Translations under genes and position numbers: made by a program
Assembly: GCA_050250935.1 (NCBI GenBank)
Contig: JBFWNS010000005.1
Coordinates: 97,583 to 161,582 of the forward strand
Length of the DNA stretch: 64,000 nt
Source: Candidatus Margulisiibacteriota bacterium
GTDB lineage: Bacteria > Margulisbacteria > Marinamargulisbacteria > JBFWNS01
Reading direction: 5' to 3'
Notes under the pieces: generated by a model
Database searches by the model: none
Seen by the model: only the letters and a program-made list of their open reading frames with translations
What the model was told of the DNA's origin: nothing
Part shown: positions 38,886 through 48,173 of the stretch, in pieces
How the letters are laid out: every line of letters starts with the position of its first letter
How positions within the stretch are numbered: position 1 is the first letter of the stretch

Positions 38886-39728
38886 ATGTCTGTGCACAAA
38901 ATAGGCGAAGGAACGGCAGAATCCGAAGCAGCCCATAAGCTGACTCAAAACGCCTATTATGCCAAGTTGCAGCAAGGGCTAAAAGAAAAGCAGCAAGCGC
39001 ATCAGGCCGAAAAGCAGCGGGAATCCAGTGGTCATGAGACCGACACCAAAGTGGATGCCGTTGCCAAAGCCGATAAAGCGGACGAGGCTGGTTTTTATTC
39101 GATTAAAGATCAGGTCGAAATTCGGTCTGTAAAATGGAAGAAAAACGAAAAAGGCGAGCCAGAAGTCGATATTGAGTCGGGTTCGGTGTACCAAACCTCG
39201 GTGGATCGAAATGATGATGGGGTCAGAATTTTAAGGCTTTTGGGCCATAAAATTGATTTGTCTTCCAAGGTGATGCAACTGAAACAGAGTTTTATGGAAA
39301 ATACGATTCAGGCTCGGTCTCACCATCCGTTTTTGTCTCGGTATGCGGCCTTCAAGGTAGGGATTTTGGGCCAATTGTTGGCGGTTTTGGGGGTGAGTGC
39401 CGAAGACATTACCGCCATGCAAAAAGGGGCTGTAAAGGCAGCCATTCAAGACAATATTTCGTTGGTGGGCGAAAACATTTATAACTTGGAATTAACCGAA
39501 TTGGTTCATGGTAAATCCAAAAAAGTAAAACACAACATCGCCATGCTCAAAAAAATGCAAAAACAGTTGTTAACCCAGATGTCGCATTTGGGAAGACCCG
39601 ACTATTGGACACCGGCCCGTGTTGTTGAAGAACAAATTGCCCAATGCACAAAGTTGCGAGACGAGTTTGCCAAAGAGCAGGATGCGTTGGCGTATCAATT
39701 GGACTTTTTGAATCAAGGGCCGAGGTAG
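38886..39728 (+). CDS. Orphan helical protein (280 aa)
   Basis: SD GGAGG; disordered N-terminus; helical C-terminus. Confidence 0.8.
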   Translation: MSVHKIGEGTAESEAAHKLTQNAYYAKLQQGLKEKQQAHQAEKQRESSGHETDTKVDAVAKADKADEAGFYSIKDQVEIRSVKWKKNEKGEPEVDIESGSVYQTSVDRNDDGVRILRLLGHKIDLSSKVMQLKQSFMENTIQARSHHPFLSRYAAFKVGILGQLLAVLGVSAEDITAMQKGAVKAAIQDNISLVGENIYNLELTELVHGKSKKVKHNIAMLKKMQKQLLTQMSHLGRPDYWTPARVVEEQIAQCTKLRDEFAKEQDALAYQLDFLNQGPR

Positions 39729-39732
39729 AACC

Positions 39733-40002
39733 ATGTTTTTTTTCAAAAAATCGAAACCCAAACCCGAACGACGGCCCATTTTGGTTGAAATTACCGATAA
39801 AAACACCGAGCGTCTGACCGCCACAGAATTGGAAAGTAAGCGGTTAAAATTGGATAGCTATGTAGGAAGATTGAATACCAAAATAGACAAATATACCGAA
39901 AAATTACACAACCTTCGCCAGCAGAGCCTTAAGGAAAAGACCTTGGTTAAAGAAGGATTGAAGATGATGGATATCGATGTGGATGAATCAAGAGAGGCAT
40001 AA
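39733..40002 (+). CDS. Small basic coiled-coil protein (89 aa)
   Basis: SD GAGGT; operon position. Confidence 0.75.
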   Translation: MFFFKKSKPKPERRPILVEITDKNTERLTATELESKRLKLDSYVGRLNTKIDKYTEKLHNLRQQSLKEKTLVKEGLKMMDIDVDESREA

Positions 40003-40004
40003 TC

Positions 40005-41792
40005 ATGGAAATTAGACATAATGAACTTGCAGCATCGTTTGCGGAAGAACAATCGGGACAGAATGCGCAACAAGCGTTGGAAACCCTTCAAGAAAAAGGG
40101 CCCCAAACAGCTGCCAATCAAAAAAAAGACGGTCTGTTTAAAAAACAATCTGAAGGGCCCGATTCGCTGGCTGCGGCCAATAGACAGCTGTCTGCTGACG
40201 AGATTTTAGAAAAATTTGCCGAAAAGATGTCCAAGAACACGTTTTTGGAAAATCAGGCCGCACTCAAGGGTGCCAAAGAAGAAAAAGCCAATGCGCTTTT
40301 GCAAGAGTTCATGGCCAAAGAAGGGTTGAGCAAGCAAGATAAGGTTCAGTTGTCTTCGGCGGCCATGGTGGCCAATAAGGGAACCGAGCTGGAGAAAAAA
40401 CAGCGGGCCAGCACCGACCAATCCGACGATACCCCAACGGCCGACATTAAATCGACCAGCGATCCCAGTCTCGAGCAGATTTCGAAACAAGAAAAAGCCA
40501 GCGAACAATTGCGTTCGTCTGTGGTTAAAGATTCGGCCAGTACCGCCCAGGCCAAACAAGAAGGGACCACCCAAACCCAGCAAACCCTGCAAAAATACAT
40601 GTTGGCCTATTCCGAAAGCTTGCTGAAAGCCGATCCCAAAAAGCAAAAAGAAGTTGCGGAATTAAAGCAAAAGCTGATGGACGGCTCGTTTTCGCCGCTT
40701 AAGCTTCAGAAACTTGAGTCCAATGTTCAGGGTATGATTCGTTCTGATCTGCGAAAACAGGTCAAAAAATCCTTTATCGATCTGGCTTTAACCTACAATT
40801 CGAAAATGACGCCAGAGCTGATGTCCAAACACCAAGAATACACTGCCCTGGCCAATTTTGCGGGCATGAAAGAGGCTTTTCCCTTCCCCCAAAGTTTGGA
40901 CGATACCAAAGACCAGGCCAAAACGGAGTTGCGGTCTTTTGTGTCCGACGAGCTGGATCAATCTTTGGTCGAAGCCAAGGTTAAAGGCAAGAGCTTAAAA
41001 GAGATTATCGCGGCCTTTGATAAGCTGAATCACTTGGCTGGGATTGCTTCGTTTAATGCAGCCGAGTACATGGGCAAGTTTCAGAAAAAAATCGACGATT
41101 TGGGGCTTAAAGCCTTCCGTGGACCCGAAGCCCAAGGGGTGGTGGATACGGACTTTGAAAAAGACACCAGCAGCGATGGCAGTGACCAGGGCGATTCGTC
41201 CCAAGATAGTAATGGCGACACCGATATTACCGAAGATCAACTTCGAACTTTGTTTATGCAAAAAGCCCTTCGCAAAGATCTTAAAAGTAAAATCGAGATT
41301 AATTTTAAGATTCATCGCCTAAAAAACGGGCTAAAACGGTTGGGGATTTACAAAGAAGAACGGTTTAAACAGCTTCAAGAAGAAGGGGAAGCTTTTGCCA
41401 AAATGAAGTTTGTCAGCATGCTTCATGAATCGTTTCAGGAAAGGGCCTGTTTGCCCAAGCTTGAAGGGCCAGATTTTGAGCTGGTGAAAAATAAAATTAA
41501 AGCTGCTCTAAAAGGGCTTAAGCAACTGGGAGCGCCCTTGGCGAAACAAGAGTTAACCGACATGATGCACCAAGCCAATCGGGCCATGTTTACCGTGGTT
41601 AAAGAGGATTTCTTAAAAGTCGATGCCTATGCGGAAGGCGACCCCAAAAACAAGGTTCTGAAAACCATCCGCGACAACCATAAAGCTGCCTTGGAGCGCA
41701 TGAAGTCCGAAACAGATATCGTCGAAGACATTAAACCGGCCGGGTTTCAAACCACAACGGATCGTTCTTCAAGCGTTATCGAAGCGGCATAG
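40005..41792 (+). CDS. Orphan helical protein (595 aa) with disordered N-terminus
   Basis: Long ORF; Q/A/E/K-rich; acidic linker; no signal peptide. Confidence 0.85.
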   Translation: MEIRHNELAASFAEEQSGQNAQQALETLQEKGPQTAANQKKDGLFKKQSEGPDSLAAANRQLSADEILEKFAEKMSKNTFLENQAALKGAKEEKANALLQEFMAKEGLSKQDKVQLSSAAMVANKGTELEKKQRASTDQSDDTPTADIKSTSDPSLEQISKQEKASEQLRSSVVKDSASTAQAKQEGTTQTQQTLQKYMLAYSESLLKADPKKQKEVAELKQKLMDGSFSPLKLQKLESNVQGMIRSDLRKQVKKSFIDLALTYNSKMTPELMSKHQEYTALANFAGMKEAFPFPQSLDDTKDQAKTELRSFVSDELDQSLVEAKVKGKSLKEIIAAFDKLNHLAGIASFNAAEYMGKFQKKIDDLGLKAFRGPEAQGVVDTDFEKDTSSDGSDQGDSSQDSNGDTDITEDQLRTLFMQKALRKDLKSKIEINFKIHRLKNGLKRLGIYKEERFKQLQEEGEAFAKMKFVSMLHESFQERACLPKLEGPDFELVKNKIKAALKGLKQLGAPLAKQELTDMMHQANRAMFTVVKEDFLKVDAYAEGDPKNKVLKTIRDNHKAALERMKSETDIVEDIKPAGFQTTTDRSSSVIEAA

Positions 41793-41834
41793 CCCCTTAA
41801 ACTGTGGCCCAGTGGCGTGCTACACTGTTGGGCC

Positions 41835-44255
41835 ATGCTAAATTCCCTGTTTCGCCATATTTTTTTACGCCTGGTGGGCACTAAGCCCGGGTCTTATTTG
41901 TTTTTTAAGGCCTCGGCCTCTTTGTTTGGAATGCCTTCTCCGACCCTGTTGCCAGACGAATTTATTCGGTTTTCAAAACTGTGGGCCCAGGGCATGGTGA
42001 ATGCGGATACCTTTCCCTTTCATCCCCAGTATTTGTGGCCTCAGTGGGTGTCTTCTCAGTTGGATCCCAGCTCGGATGCCTTTTCCTATCAAGGCTATCC
42101 CCTGCCGTTTTTAAATGTTACAGCCCGCAATTGGACCGTATTAAGTGCCCCCGATGCCGATGATAAACCCGTTGTGGACACCCACGGCGTGGTTACACCC
42201 TGCATCAATGGATGGTCTTTGGATGTTTGGGTACGTTCCGAAAACAATTTGGTTGCTGCTTCTGGGCAAAAGGCAGAGTCTCAGGTTTTGGATCCGAACC
42301 ACCGTGGGGTGGTGACCACCTCGCTTTTGGGGCCGTTGCGTATCCGCCAAGAGGCGTTTTTTCGGGCCTATGGCAGCCAAGAGCATTTGGTATTTCAAAA
42401 GATTTCTGCCACCAATACCACAGACAAGGTTCAGTCGGTGTCGGTGATGTTTGCAGTTCGGCCTATGAATCCCCTGGGGGTTTCGCCGGTGTCGCACATC
42501 CACTATGTCAGCAAACAGGCGTTTATTGTGAACAACCGGTTGGGGGTTATTTTTGACCAAAAACCGGACAATGTGGTGTGTTTGCCCTTTTCGGAAAGCC
42601 ACCCCCGTCACATGGCCTCTTGGAATCTAATTTTGGGCGCCCAATGCCCTCTTCATTTGGCCACGGGTTTTGTGGAGTATCGCCTGACCCTTCAACCCGG
42701 ACAAACCTGGGAAACCACCCTTAAATTGCCCACTTCGTTAACCCATCAGCTTAAAAAAGTGTATCAACGCTTATTAAGCCCATTTCAAAAGGAACAATTG
42801 CTGGAGTCGGTGGATTATTTCTTGCAAAAATCGATATCGGTTGAATCGGAAAATACGGCTCAAAATTGGACCAAGACCTTGGAAAACGCAACCACACTTC
42901 GGGTGTCTGCAGACCCCAAATTGGAAACGGTTTTTGCCCAAAATGTGGTGCATTTGGTTCAGGGAATAGGGCATCAGCCTTATTCTGGGATGTTGCCGGT
43001 TAAAACTGCCTCGTTGCGGGATGCTTTTTGGACCTTAATGGCCTGCAACCGATTGGGATTCCCCGAGCATTCCCACCAACTTTTCCATCGATATGCACTT
43101 AAAGCTGTTCCCTATGTGCGCCCTTGGTCCATTCGATACGAACCCCTTTTGCATGCCTATGACGAACTGGGAATGCTGCTGGTGTTAATGAAGGACTATG
43201 TTGATTTTTCCCATGATGCAACCTTTGTCCAAACCCATCTGCCCCACATTACCCAAGTGATTCGACGTTTGAAAAAACTTCGGGTTAAAGGCAAGGCTTC
43301 GAATTTGGCCAAAGGACTTTTGAAGGCCAGTGCTTCTTTTACCCAAAATGGGGTTAAGGATCATTATATTTGGGACAATTTGTGGGCCATAGCAGGGCTT
43401 AAAAGCGCCTTGTCTTTGATTCCTCAAGTTGAAAAGCAGGCGGCCATTCAACGGGTTTTGGCCGATTGGCGGGGTGTTTTTGAAAAAGTTGTGGATAAAA
43501 AATCGGCCATTGAAGGCCTTCCCATTCAGTTGCCTGTCGGATTGTCGACTGCCCGAGAACAGGACCAGGTTTTTTCGTTGGCAGCGTTGTATCCTTTGGA
43601 GCTTTATGATGCTGATGAACCGGTCATCACCAATACGCTGACGGCTGTTGAGCACAGTTTGAGAGAGGGACGGGTTTTTCATCCCGGTGATGCGGTTGGA
43701 TTTTCGCCCTTTGCCAATGCGTTTTTGGGACATCAGTACTTAAGTTCTGGCAATCCTGGGGTTTTTGGGGTGCTGTCTTGGTTGGTGGCCAACGCGAGTT
43801 CCACGGGGACTTGGCCAGGCGTTATTCATCCCAAAACACAGGGGGGATGTTGGGGAGAGGGTCAGGATACCAAAACCACGGCGACTTTTCTGCTGCTGGT
43901 CTCTCGCCTGCTTGTTCAAGAGCAAGCGGATGGGGTTTTGGCCTTGTTGCCTTTTTGTTCCGAAACCTGGTTGAAAAACAATGGCGATGAAGTGGGGTTA
44001 ACCCATGCCCATACCTCGTTTGGAAAATGTTCGTTTTTGGCCAGACGAGAGGGAAATACAGTCTCTATTTCTCTGTCGCATGCGTTTTACTTGAAGCCTA
44101 AATATATCAAAATTACCTTGCCTTTTGCTTTGGAGTCGGTTTCTGTCGATGGAGGCCCAGTAACCCCATTGGTGCCCACCTATGTGATGGTTTCACCCGA
44201 TTCAAAGCAGGTTGTCATCCACTTGAAGGAGAATCAAGATGAATCGGCCGATTAA
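41835..44255 (+). CDS. Six-hairpin glycosidase-like protein (beta-sandwich plus (alpha/alpha)6 barrel)
   Basis: RNWT, WSLDVW, SLRDA, YIWDNLWAIAGL, STGTWP...GGCWGEG; some expected acidic residues look degenerate. Confidence 0.65.
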   Translation: MLNSLFRHIFLRLVGTKPGSYLFFKASASLFGMPSPTLLPDEFIRFSKLWAQGMVNADTFPFHPQYLWPQWVSSQLDPSSDAFSYQGYPLPFLNVTARNWTVLSAPDADDKPVVDTHGVVTPCINGWSLDVWVRSENNLVAASGQKAESQVLDPNHRGVVTTSLLGPLRIRQEAFFRAYGSQEHLVFQKISATNTTDKVQSVSVMFAVRPMNPLGVSPVSHIHYVSKQAFIVNNRLGVIFDQKPDNVVCLPFSESHPRHMASWNLILGAQCPLHLATGFVEYRLTLQPGQTWETTLKLPTSLTHQLKKVYQRLLSPFQKEQLLESVDYFLQKSISVESENTAQNWTKTLENATTLRVSADPKLETVFAQNVVHLVQGIGHQPYSGMLPVKTASLRDAFWTLMACNRLGFPEHSHQLFHRYALKAVPYVRPWSIRYEPLLHAYDELGMLLVLMKDYVDFSHDATFVQTHLPHITQVIRRLKKLRVKGKASNLAKGLLKASASFTQNGVKDHYIWDNLWAIAGLKSALSLIPQVEKQAAIQRVLADWRGVFEKVVDKKSAIEGLPIQLPVGLSTAREQDQVFSLAALYPLELYDADEPVITNTLTAVEHSLREGRVFHPGDAVGFSPFANAFLGHQYLSSGNPGVFGVLSWLVANASSTGTWPGVIHPKTQGGCWGEGQDTKTTATFLLLVSRLLVQEQADGVLALLPFCSETWLKNNGDEVGLTHAHTSFGKCSFLARREGNTVSISLSHAFYLKPKYIKITLPFALESVSVDGGPVTPLVPTYVMVSPDSKQVVIHLKENQDESAD

Positions 44256-44637
44256 ACCAGATGCTTCTGGCTTTACAGCGATGGAGCTGGTGCTGACTGT
44301 TGCTTTGGTTGGCTTGTTGATTGTGTTTTTTCTGTGGCGGGGTGGTGCTTTGCAAAAACAGTTGGCAGATACCCATTTACAGGCAGAGTTGTGGCAAATG
44401 CGGGCGGTTGTAGCCGAGAATTATGTGCGTGTAACCGACAACGAAACCGAAGTTGTTTTGGGGCCGCATCTGTTTGAAAAAGGCGTTCCAAAAGACCCTA
44501 TTTTGGGGTCTAATCGGGTGTTGGTGGTTACAGGCAATAGCATCGAAGACGCCGATTTTACCAACACGGGTGGATGGATCTTTAATCCCCTAACCTTGGA
44601 AGTAAGGGCCAATGTGCCTGGGCGCCATGACTTCTAA
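44239..44637 (+). CDS. Type IV pilin/pseudopilin-like protein
   Basis: Prepilin site G|FTAME followed by a hydrophobic helix; PKDP motif. Confidence 0.8.
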   Translation: MNRPIKPDASGFTAMELVLTVALVGLLIVFFLWRGGALQKQLADTHLQAELWQMRAVVAENYVRVTDNETEVVLGPHLFEKGVPKDPILGSNRVLVVTGNSIEDADFTNTGGWIFNPLTLEVRANVPGRHDF

Positions 44638-44986
44638 ACGCATTTTGGTGGTGGATGATGAAGAGGATATTTTGTGGCTGAACCGGTTGCTGCTGCAAAA
44701 AGCAGGTTATGAGGTTGAAACCGCTTTGTCTGGTATCGAAGGTCTTGGCAAATTGGCCAGCTTTGACCCTCAGGTGGTGCTTTTGGATGTTAATTTGCCT
44801 GGAGAACAGGGGCTTGATGTTTTTCGGGAAATGAAGCGACAATTTCCAGACACCAAAGTGGTTTTGTGTTCGGCCATGATTCCAAAAGAAACTTCAGATT
44901 TTATGGCTTCTGATGGTTTTTTGCCCAAACCCTATACCAAAGACGATTTAATGGCTTGTATTGAAACCCAATGGCCCATCAAGTAG
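44627..44986 (+). CDS. Stand-alone response regulator receiver
   Basis: ILVVDDE, LLDVNLP, SA, KP. Confidence 0.92.
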   Translation: MTSKRILVVDDEEDILWLNRLLLQKAGYEVETALSGIEGLGKLASFDPQVVLLDVNLPGEQGLDVFREMKRQFPDTKVVLCSAMIPKETSDFMASDGFLPKPYTKDDLMACIETQWPIK

Positions 44987-45300
44987 TCAGTTCCTTGATT
45001 CGGGATTTGATTCCCTTGTTTTTGGAACATCGTCAGGACAATATGGTGGTCCTACAAACGGCTTTGGATGCCAATGATTTTGAAACCATTCGCAAAATTG
45101 CCCATAAAATGAAGGGCTCTAGCGGTGTGTATGGGTTTTTGGTTTTGGCCGACTTGGCCAAAGCCTTGGAAAAAGCCTGTGTGGAACCCAACCGTGCCGA
45201 GGCCCAAGCAGTGTTGAATCAGACCAAGGACTATTTGGCCCAGTTGACGATTTCGTACGATACCCAAGAAGAAGGAGAGTTTTCCCATGGCCATAGCTGA
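44971..45300 (+). CDS. Hpt phosphotransfer domain protein
   Basis: AHKMKGSSGVYG. Confidence 0.9.
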   Translation: MAHQVVSSLIRDLIPLFLEHRQDNMVVLQTALDANDFETIRKIAHKMKGSSGVYGFLVLADLAKALEKACVEPNRAEAQAVLNQTKDYLAQLTISYDTQEEGEFSHGHS

Positions 45301-45679
45301 AGGACGGGTGTTTGCGTTTGACGATCCCACTGCCATTCGAACCGATTTTTTAGAGGCTTTCGCCTACGAAGGCGAGCGACAAACCATTGCCTATGAAACG
45401 GCCGAATTTTCTTGTGTTTGCCCATTTTCGGGGTTGCCAGATTTTGGGGTTTTAAAAATAGAGTATGTTCCAGAAGCGGTCTGCGTGGAATTAAAATCCC
45501 TGAAATATTATCTGATTTCGTATCGCAATGTCGGGATTTATCAAGAAGCTGCGACCAGCAGATTGTTTACAGATTTATGGGCCTGTTTGGCGCCCCGCTA
45601 TTTAAAAATCACAACGGTTTATAATACCCGTGGTGGGATTGATGCGACCTGTGTTGTAGAACGGGGAACGAAAGAATAA
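45287..45679 (+). CDS. queF: preQ0 reductase (type I)
   Basis: EFSCVCPFSGLPDFG, VELKSLKYY, RGGI. Confidence 0.95.
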   Translation: MAIAEGRVFAFDDPTAIRTDFLEAFAYEGERQTIAYETAEFSCVCPFSGLPDFGVLKIEYVPEAVCVELKSLKYYLISYRNVGIYQEAATSRLFTDLWACLAPRYLKITTVYNTRGGIDATCVVERGTKE

Positions 45680-45691
45680 CCCGAACTGGAT

Positions 45692-46555
45692 TTAGCCCAG
45701 TTTGGAGATCATGTTCGAGAAGATCTTGTTCACGTCGTCGATGACCCCTTGAATGGCCGAGAAACCCCGGTTGATTTGATTCAAATCCAAAGCAACCCGG
45801 GCAACGTCGATGTTGGAGGATTCCAACGCCTGGGGCAAGATATCCCCATAACCCAGTTCGCCAGAGGTGCTGGGGGTTAATTGGGACCCGGCAGCTTCTG
45901 TGGGCTTGTAGGCACCGCCGTTGACGATGATTAGACCTTGTTTGTTTTTGAAATCGGTTAAAGCAATTTTGTAGAGGGGAATCAACGCTGGAACAGGGGT
46001 TGTCCCACTGGCAATAGCATTTTTTTGAGCTTGGTAGTTCGCAACCAAGACACCGCCATCAGAAAATCCGATATCGGTGTAGCCGTCGGTTTGAATTGGA
46101 ACGGGAGAAGGATTGGTGATTTGGCCTTGAGAATTCACCTTATAGCCAAACACTTTTCTACCAAACGTGTCGGTTAAGTATTGGTTGTTAAAATCAACGG
46201 CGAACCGTCCAGCACGGGTGTATAAATTGGAGGACCCATATTCGAAACTTTGGGGGGACTCCGACAAAATCATCAGCCCAGCACCTGAAATGGCCACGTC
46301 CAAGGGGCCGCCAATGCCAATGTTTCCTTGGGAATAGTCGGTGTTGGTGGATCCCAAGGTCATGCTGCTGCCACCGGCCATGGGGTTGATGCTGTCTGTG
46401 CCTTGGCTTAGAACAGAAGAATAAACGGTGGTAAACGAAGCTGTGGTGTATTTATAGCCGGGGGTGTTGAAGTTGTCTGCGTTTGAAATGGAAATGCGCA
46501 ACGCAGACCGAAGTGCACCAATCGAGTTTTGTATCCCTTTGTAAATATCTAGCAT
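45692..46555 (-). CDS. Solitary flagellar hook/rod family protein (FlgE/F/G-like, 287 aa)
   Basis: SNADNFNTPGYK, LDVAISGAG, YTRAGRF, KVFGY, LESSNIDV. Confidence 0.88.
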   Translation of the reverse strand: MLDIYKGIQNSIGALRSALRISISNADNFNTPGYKYTTASFTTVYSSVLSQGTDSINPMAGGSSMTLGSTNTDYSQGNIGIGGPLDVAISGAGLMILSESPQSFEYGSSNLYTRAGRFAVDFNNQYLTDTFGRKVFGYKVNSQGQITNPSPVPIQTDGYTDIGFSDGGVLVANYQAQKNAIASGTTPVPALIPLYKIALTDFKNKQGLIIVNGGAYKPTEAAGSQLTPSTSGELGYGDILPQALESSNIDVARVALDLNQINRGFSAIQGVIDDVNKIFSNMISKLG

Positions 46556-46603
46556 GGTGAACTCCGTTTCAGTTGGATTGTTTGTCCGAGACTATGCTTT
46601 GGT

Positions 46604-46631
46604 ATCGGGTGTTTTGAGCAGAAAAATGTAT
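46604..46631 (-). promoter_or_regulatory. Candidate sigma28-like promoter for the flgE/G-like gene
   Basis: Minus strand ATACAT-N18-CGAT (context CCCGATAC). Confidence 0.5.
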
Positions 46632-46644
46632 GGATAATTTTTGG

Positions 46645-48138
46645 TTAAAAAACGAGGGTTTCGTTGTCTAAAACCCGGTTTTCTAATTTAAGGGTTTTGC
46701 CTTCTTTAACATAGACCGTAACGCGGCCTTTAAAGACCACATTTTTACCCAAAATGATGTCGCCATCCAGGGTAACATCGGTGGCCTCTTTCAGGGAAGG
46801 AACGGCTTGAATGCGGTGTTGGTAGTCCGACATTCTTTCGAAATGGTGGCTGAGATGCAGGGTGGGGTAGCTGACCGCATTGGGATTCGAAAAAGACAGG
46901 GCGCAGCCCTTTTTTTGAATGCAGTCAGATTGTAGGACCAACAGATCGCTGGTTTTTTTAACCGGTAAAAACCGGTCTCGGGGCACCACGATGCTTTTGG
47001 CACGTTGGAAAAAGGCAATGCCGGCGCCCATGGCGGTTTCGAGTTGGGTGATTCGGTGGTCGTGAATCACCTTGTGGTTGGTGATGATGGGGAGTTTAAA
47101 ACACAGTTCGTGAAGGGCTTCTTTGAGTGCGCTTAAGCGAATCCAAATGGAATTGGTGTTGAACAACGGAAAGGTGGTGATGTCTTCGAAATCTTGAAGA
47201 TGCAGATCTTCTACTTGTGCCCTTTCAAGCAGGGTTAGGGTGTTGTGGTGTCGAATGAGGGTTCCCCCTTTAACGTCGGCCTTGGTTTTGGGGGTGGTTT
47301 CCATGACAAAATCCAGGTTTTCGGCAATCATATGCCCCAAAATGGCGGGGTGAGGGGTTGCTCCCAAATTGTCGACATTGGAAACAAACAAAAACTCGTG
47401 GCCGCTATTCATGAGCCGATCCAAAACCCCGCTGGCACTTAGGGCCAAATACATGTCCCCATGCCCGCAAGGGGTCCAATCGAGGCTGGGGTCGCTGGGA
47501 ACATGGAATGGAAACCCATTGTTTCGGTCGATTCGTGGGAATTCGTGTTGAAAAAACTCGGTGTAGGCAATGAGAGGTTCAAGAATGTTTCGGGTTTCTT
47601 CTTGGGTGTAAGAACTGTTCATGAGAAGCAGGGGAATATCGGTGCCTGTGCTTTGTTTAAGATCCAGTAATTGTTGGGCGATAACGTCCAAAAAGGTTTG
47701 TTTTTCGTGAATGGGAATGGCCGATTTTGCCCCTTGGCAGCCCATGGTTGTACCCAACCCGCCATTGAGTTTAAGGCAGCACAGGGTGCCTAGTTTTTGA
47801 TGTCCTAGCGAGGTTTCGGCTGGGGTTAGGGTTGAAAATTCGGTGGTGTCTTCTGGGCGTAGGGGTTCGATTTCTGGCCAAGGAATTTTGGTTTTGGAGT
47901 GGGTTAAAAAGGCCAAATAGAGCCTGCAAAAAACCAAGAGAACCGTGTCTTTTTGAGTGGCCGTATAGCTGGAAACTGGAAATTTTTGACTGATTTTTTC
48001 AAGGCAAAGGGGGAGGGCTTGTTTGGCGATGGCCAAGCGATCTGGAAAAGCTGCAAGTGCCGATTCTTTTTTTTGAAGGATGGCGATTTGTTCGGGGCTT
48101 AAGTTGGAGAAAAAAGGCAAGAGGCTTGGAATCATCAT
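46645..48138 (-). CDS. UTP--glucose-1-phosphate uridylyltransferase, eukaryote-type UDPGP family
   Basis: KLNGGLGTTMGCQGAKS, LLMNS, PCGHGD, SNVDNLGA, DVKGG, FNTN, QLETAMG, RFLPVK. Confidence 0.92.
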   Translation of the reverse strand: MMIPSLLPFFSNLSPEQIAILQKKESALAAFPDRLAIAKQALPLCLEKISQKFPVSSYTATQKDTVLLVFCRLYLAFLTHSKTKIPWPEIEPLRPEDTTEFSTLTPAETSLGHQKLGTLCCLKLNGGLGTTMGCQGAKSAIPIHEKQTFLDVIAQQLLDLKQSTGTDIPLLLMNSSYTQEETRNILEPLIAYTEFFQHEFPRIDRNNGFPFHVPSDPSLDWTPCGHGDMYLALSASGVLDRLMNSGHEFLFVSNVDNLGATPHPAILGHMIAENLDFVMETTPKTKADVKGGTLIRHHNTLTLLERAQVEDLHLQDFEDITTFPLFNTNSIWIRLSALKEALHELCFKLPIITNHKVIHDHRITQLETAMGAGIAFFQRAKSIVVPRDRFLPVKKTSDLLVLQSDCIQKKGCALSFSNPNAVSYPTLHLSHHFERMSDYQHRIQAVPSLKEATDVTLDGDIILGKNVVFKGRVTVYVKEGKTLKLENRVLDNETLVF

Positions 48139-48173
48139 GAAATGATTGTACAATACTCGCCTTATTTTTTTCT

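Noticed and set aside
44627..44986. CheY for the export operon
   Set aside because: Generic receiver paired with Hpt, no che genes nearby, and FliM lacks the CheY docking peptide
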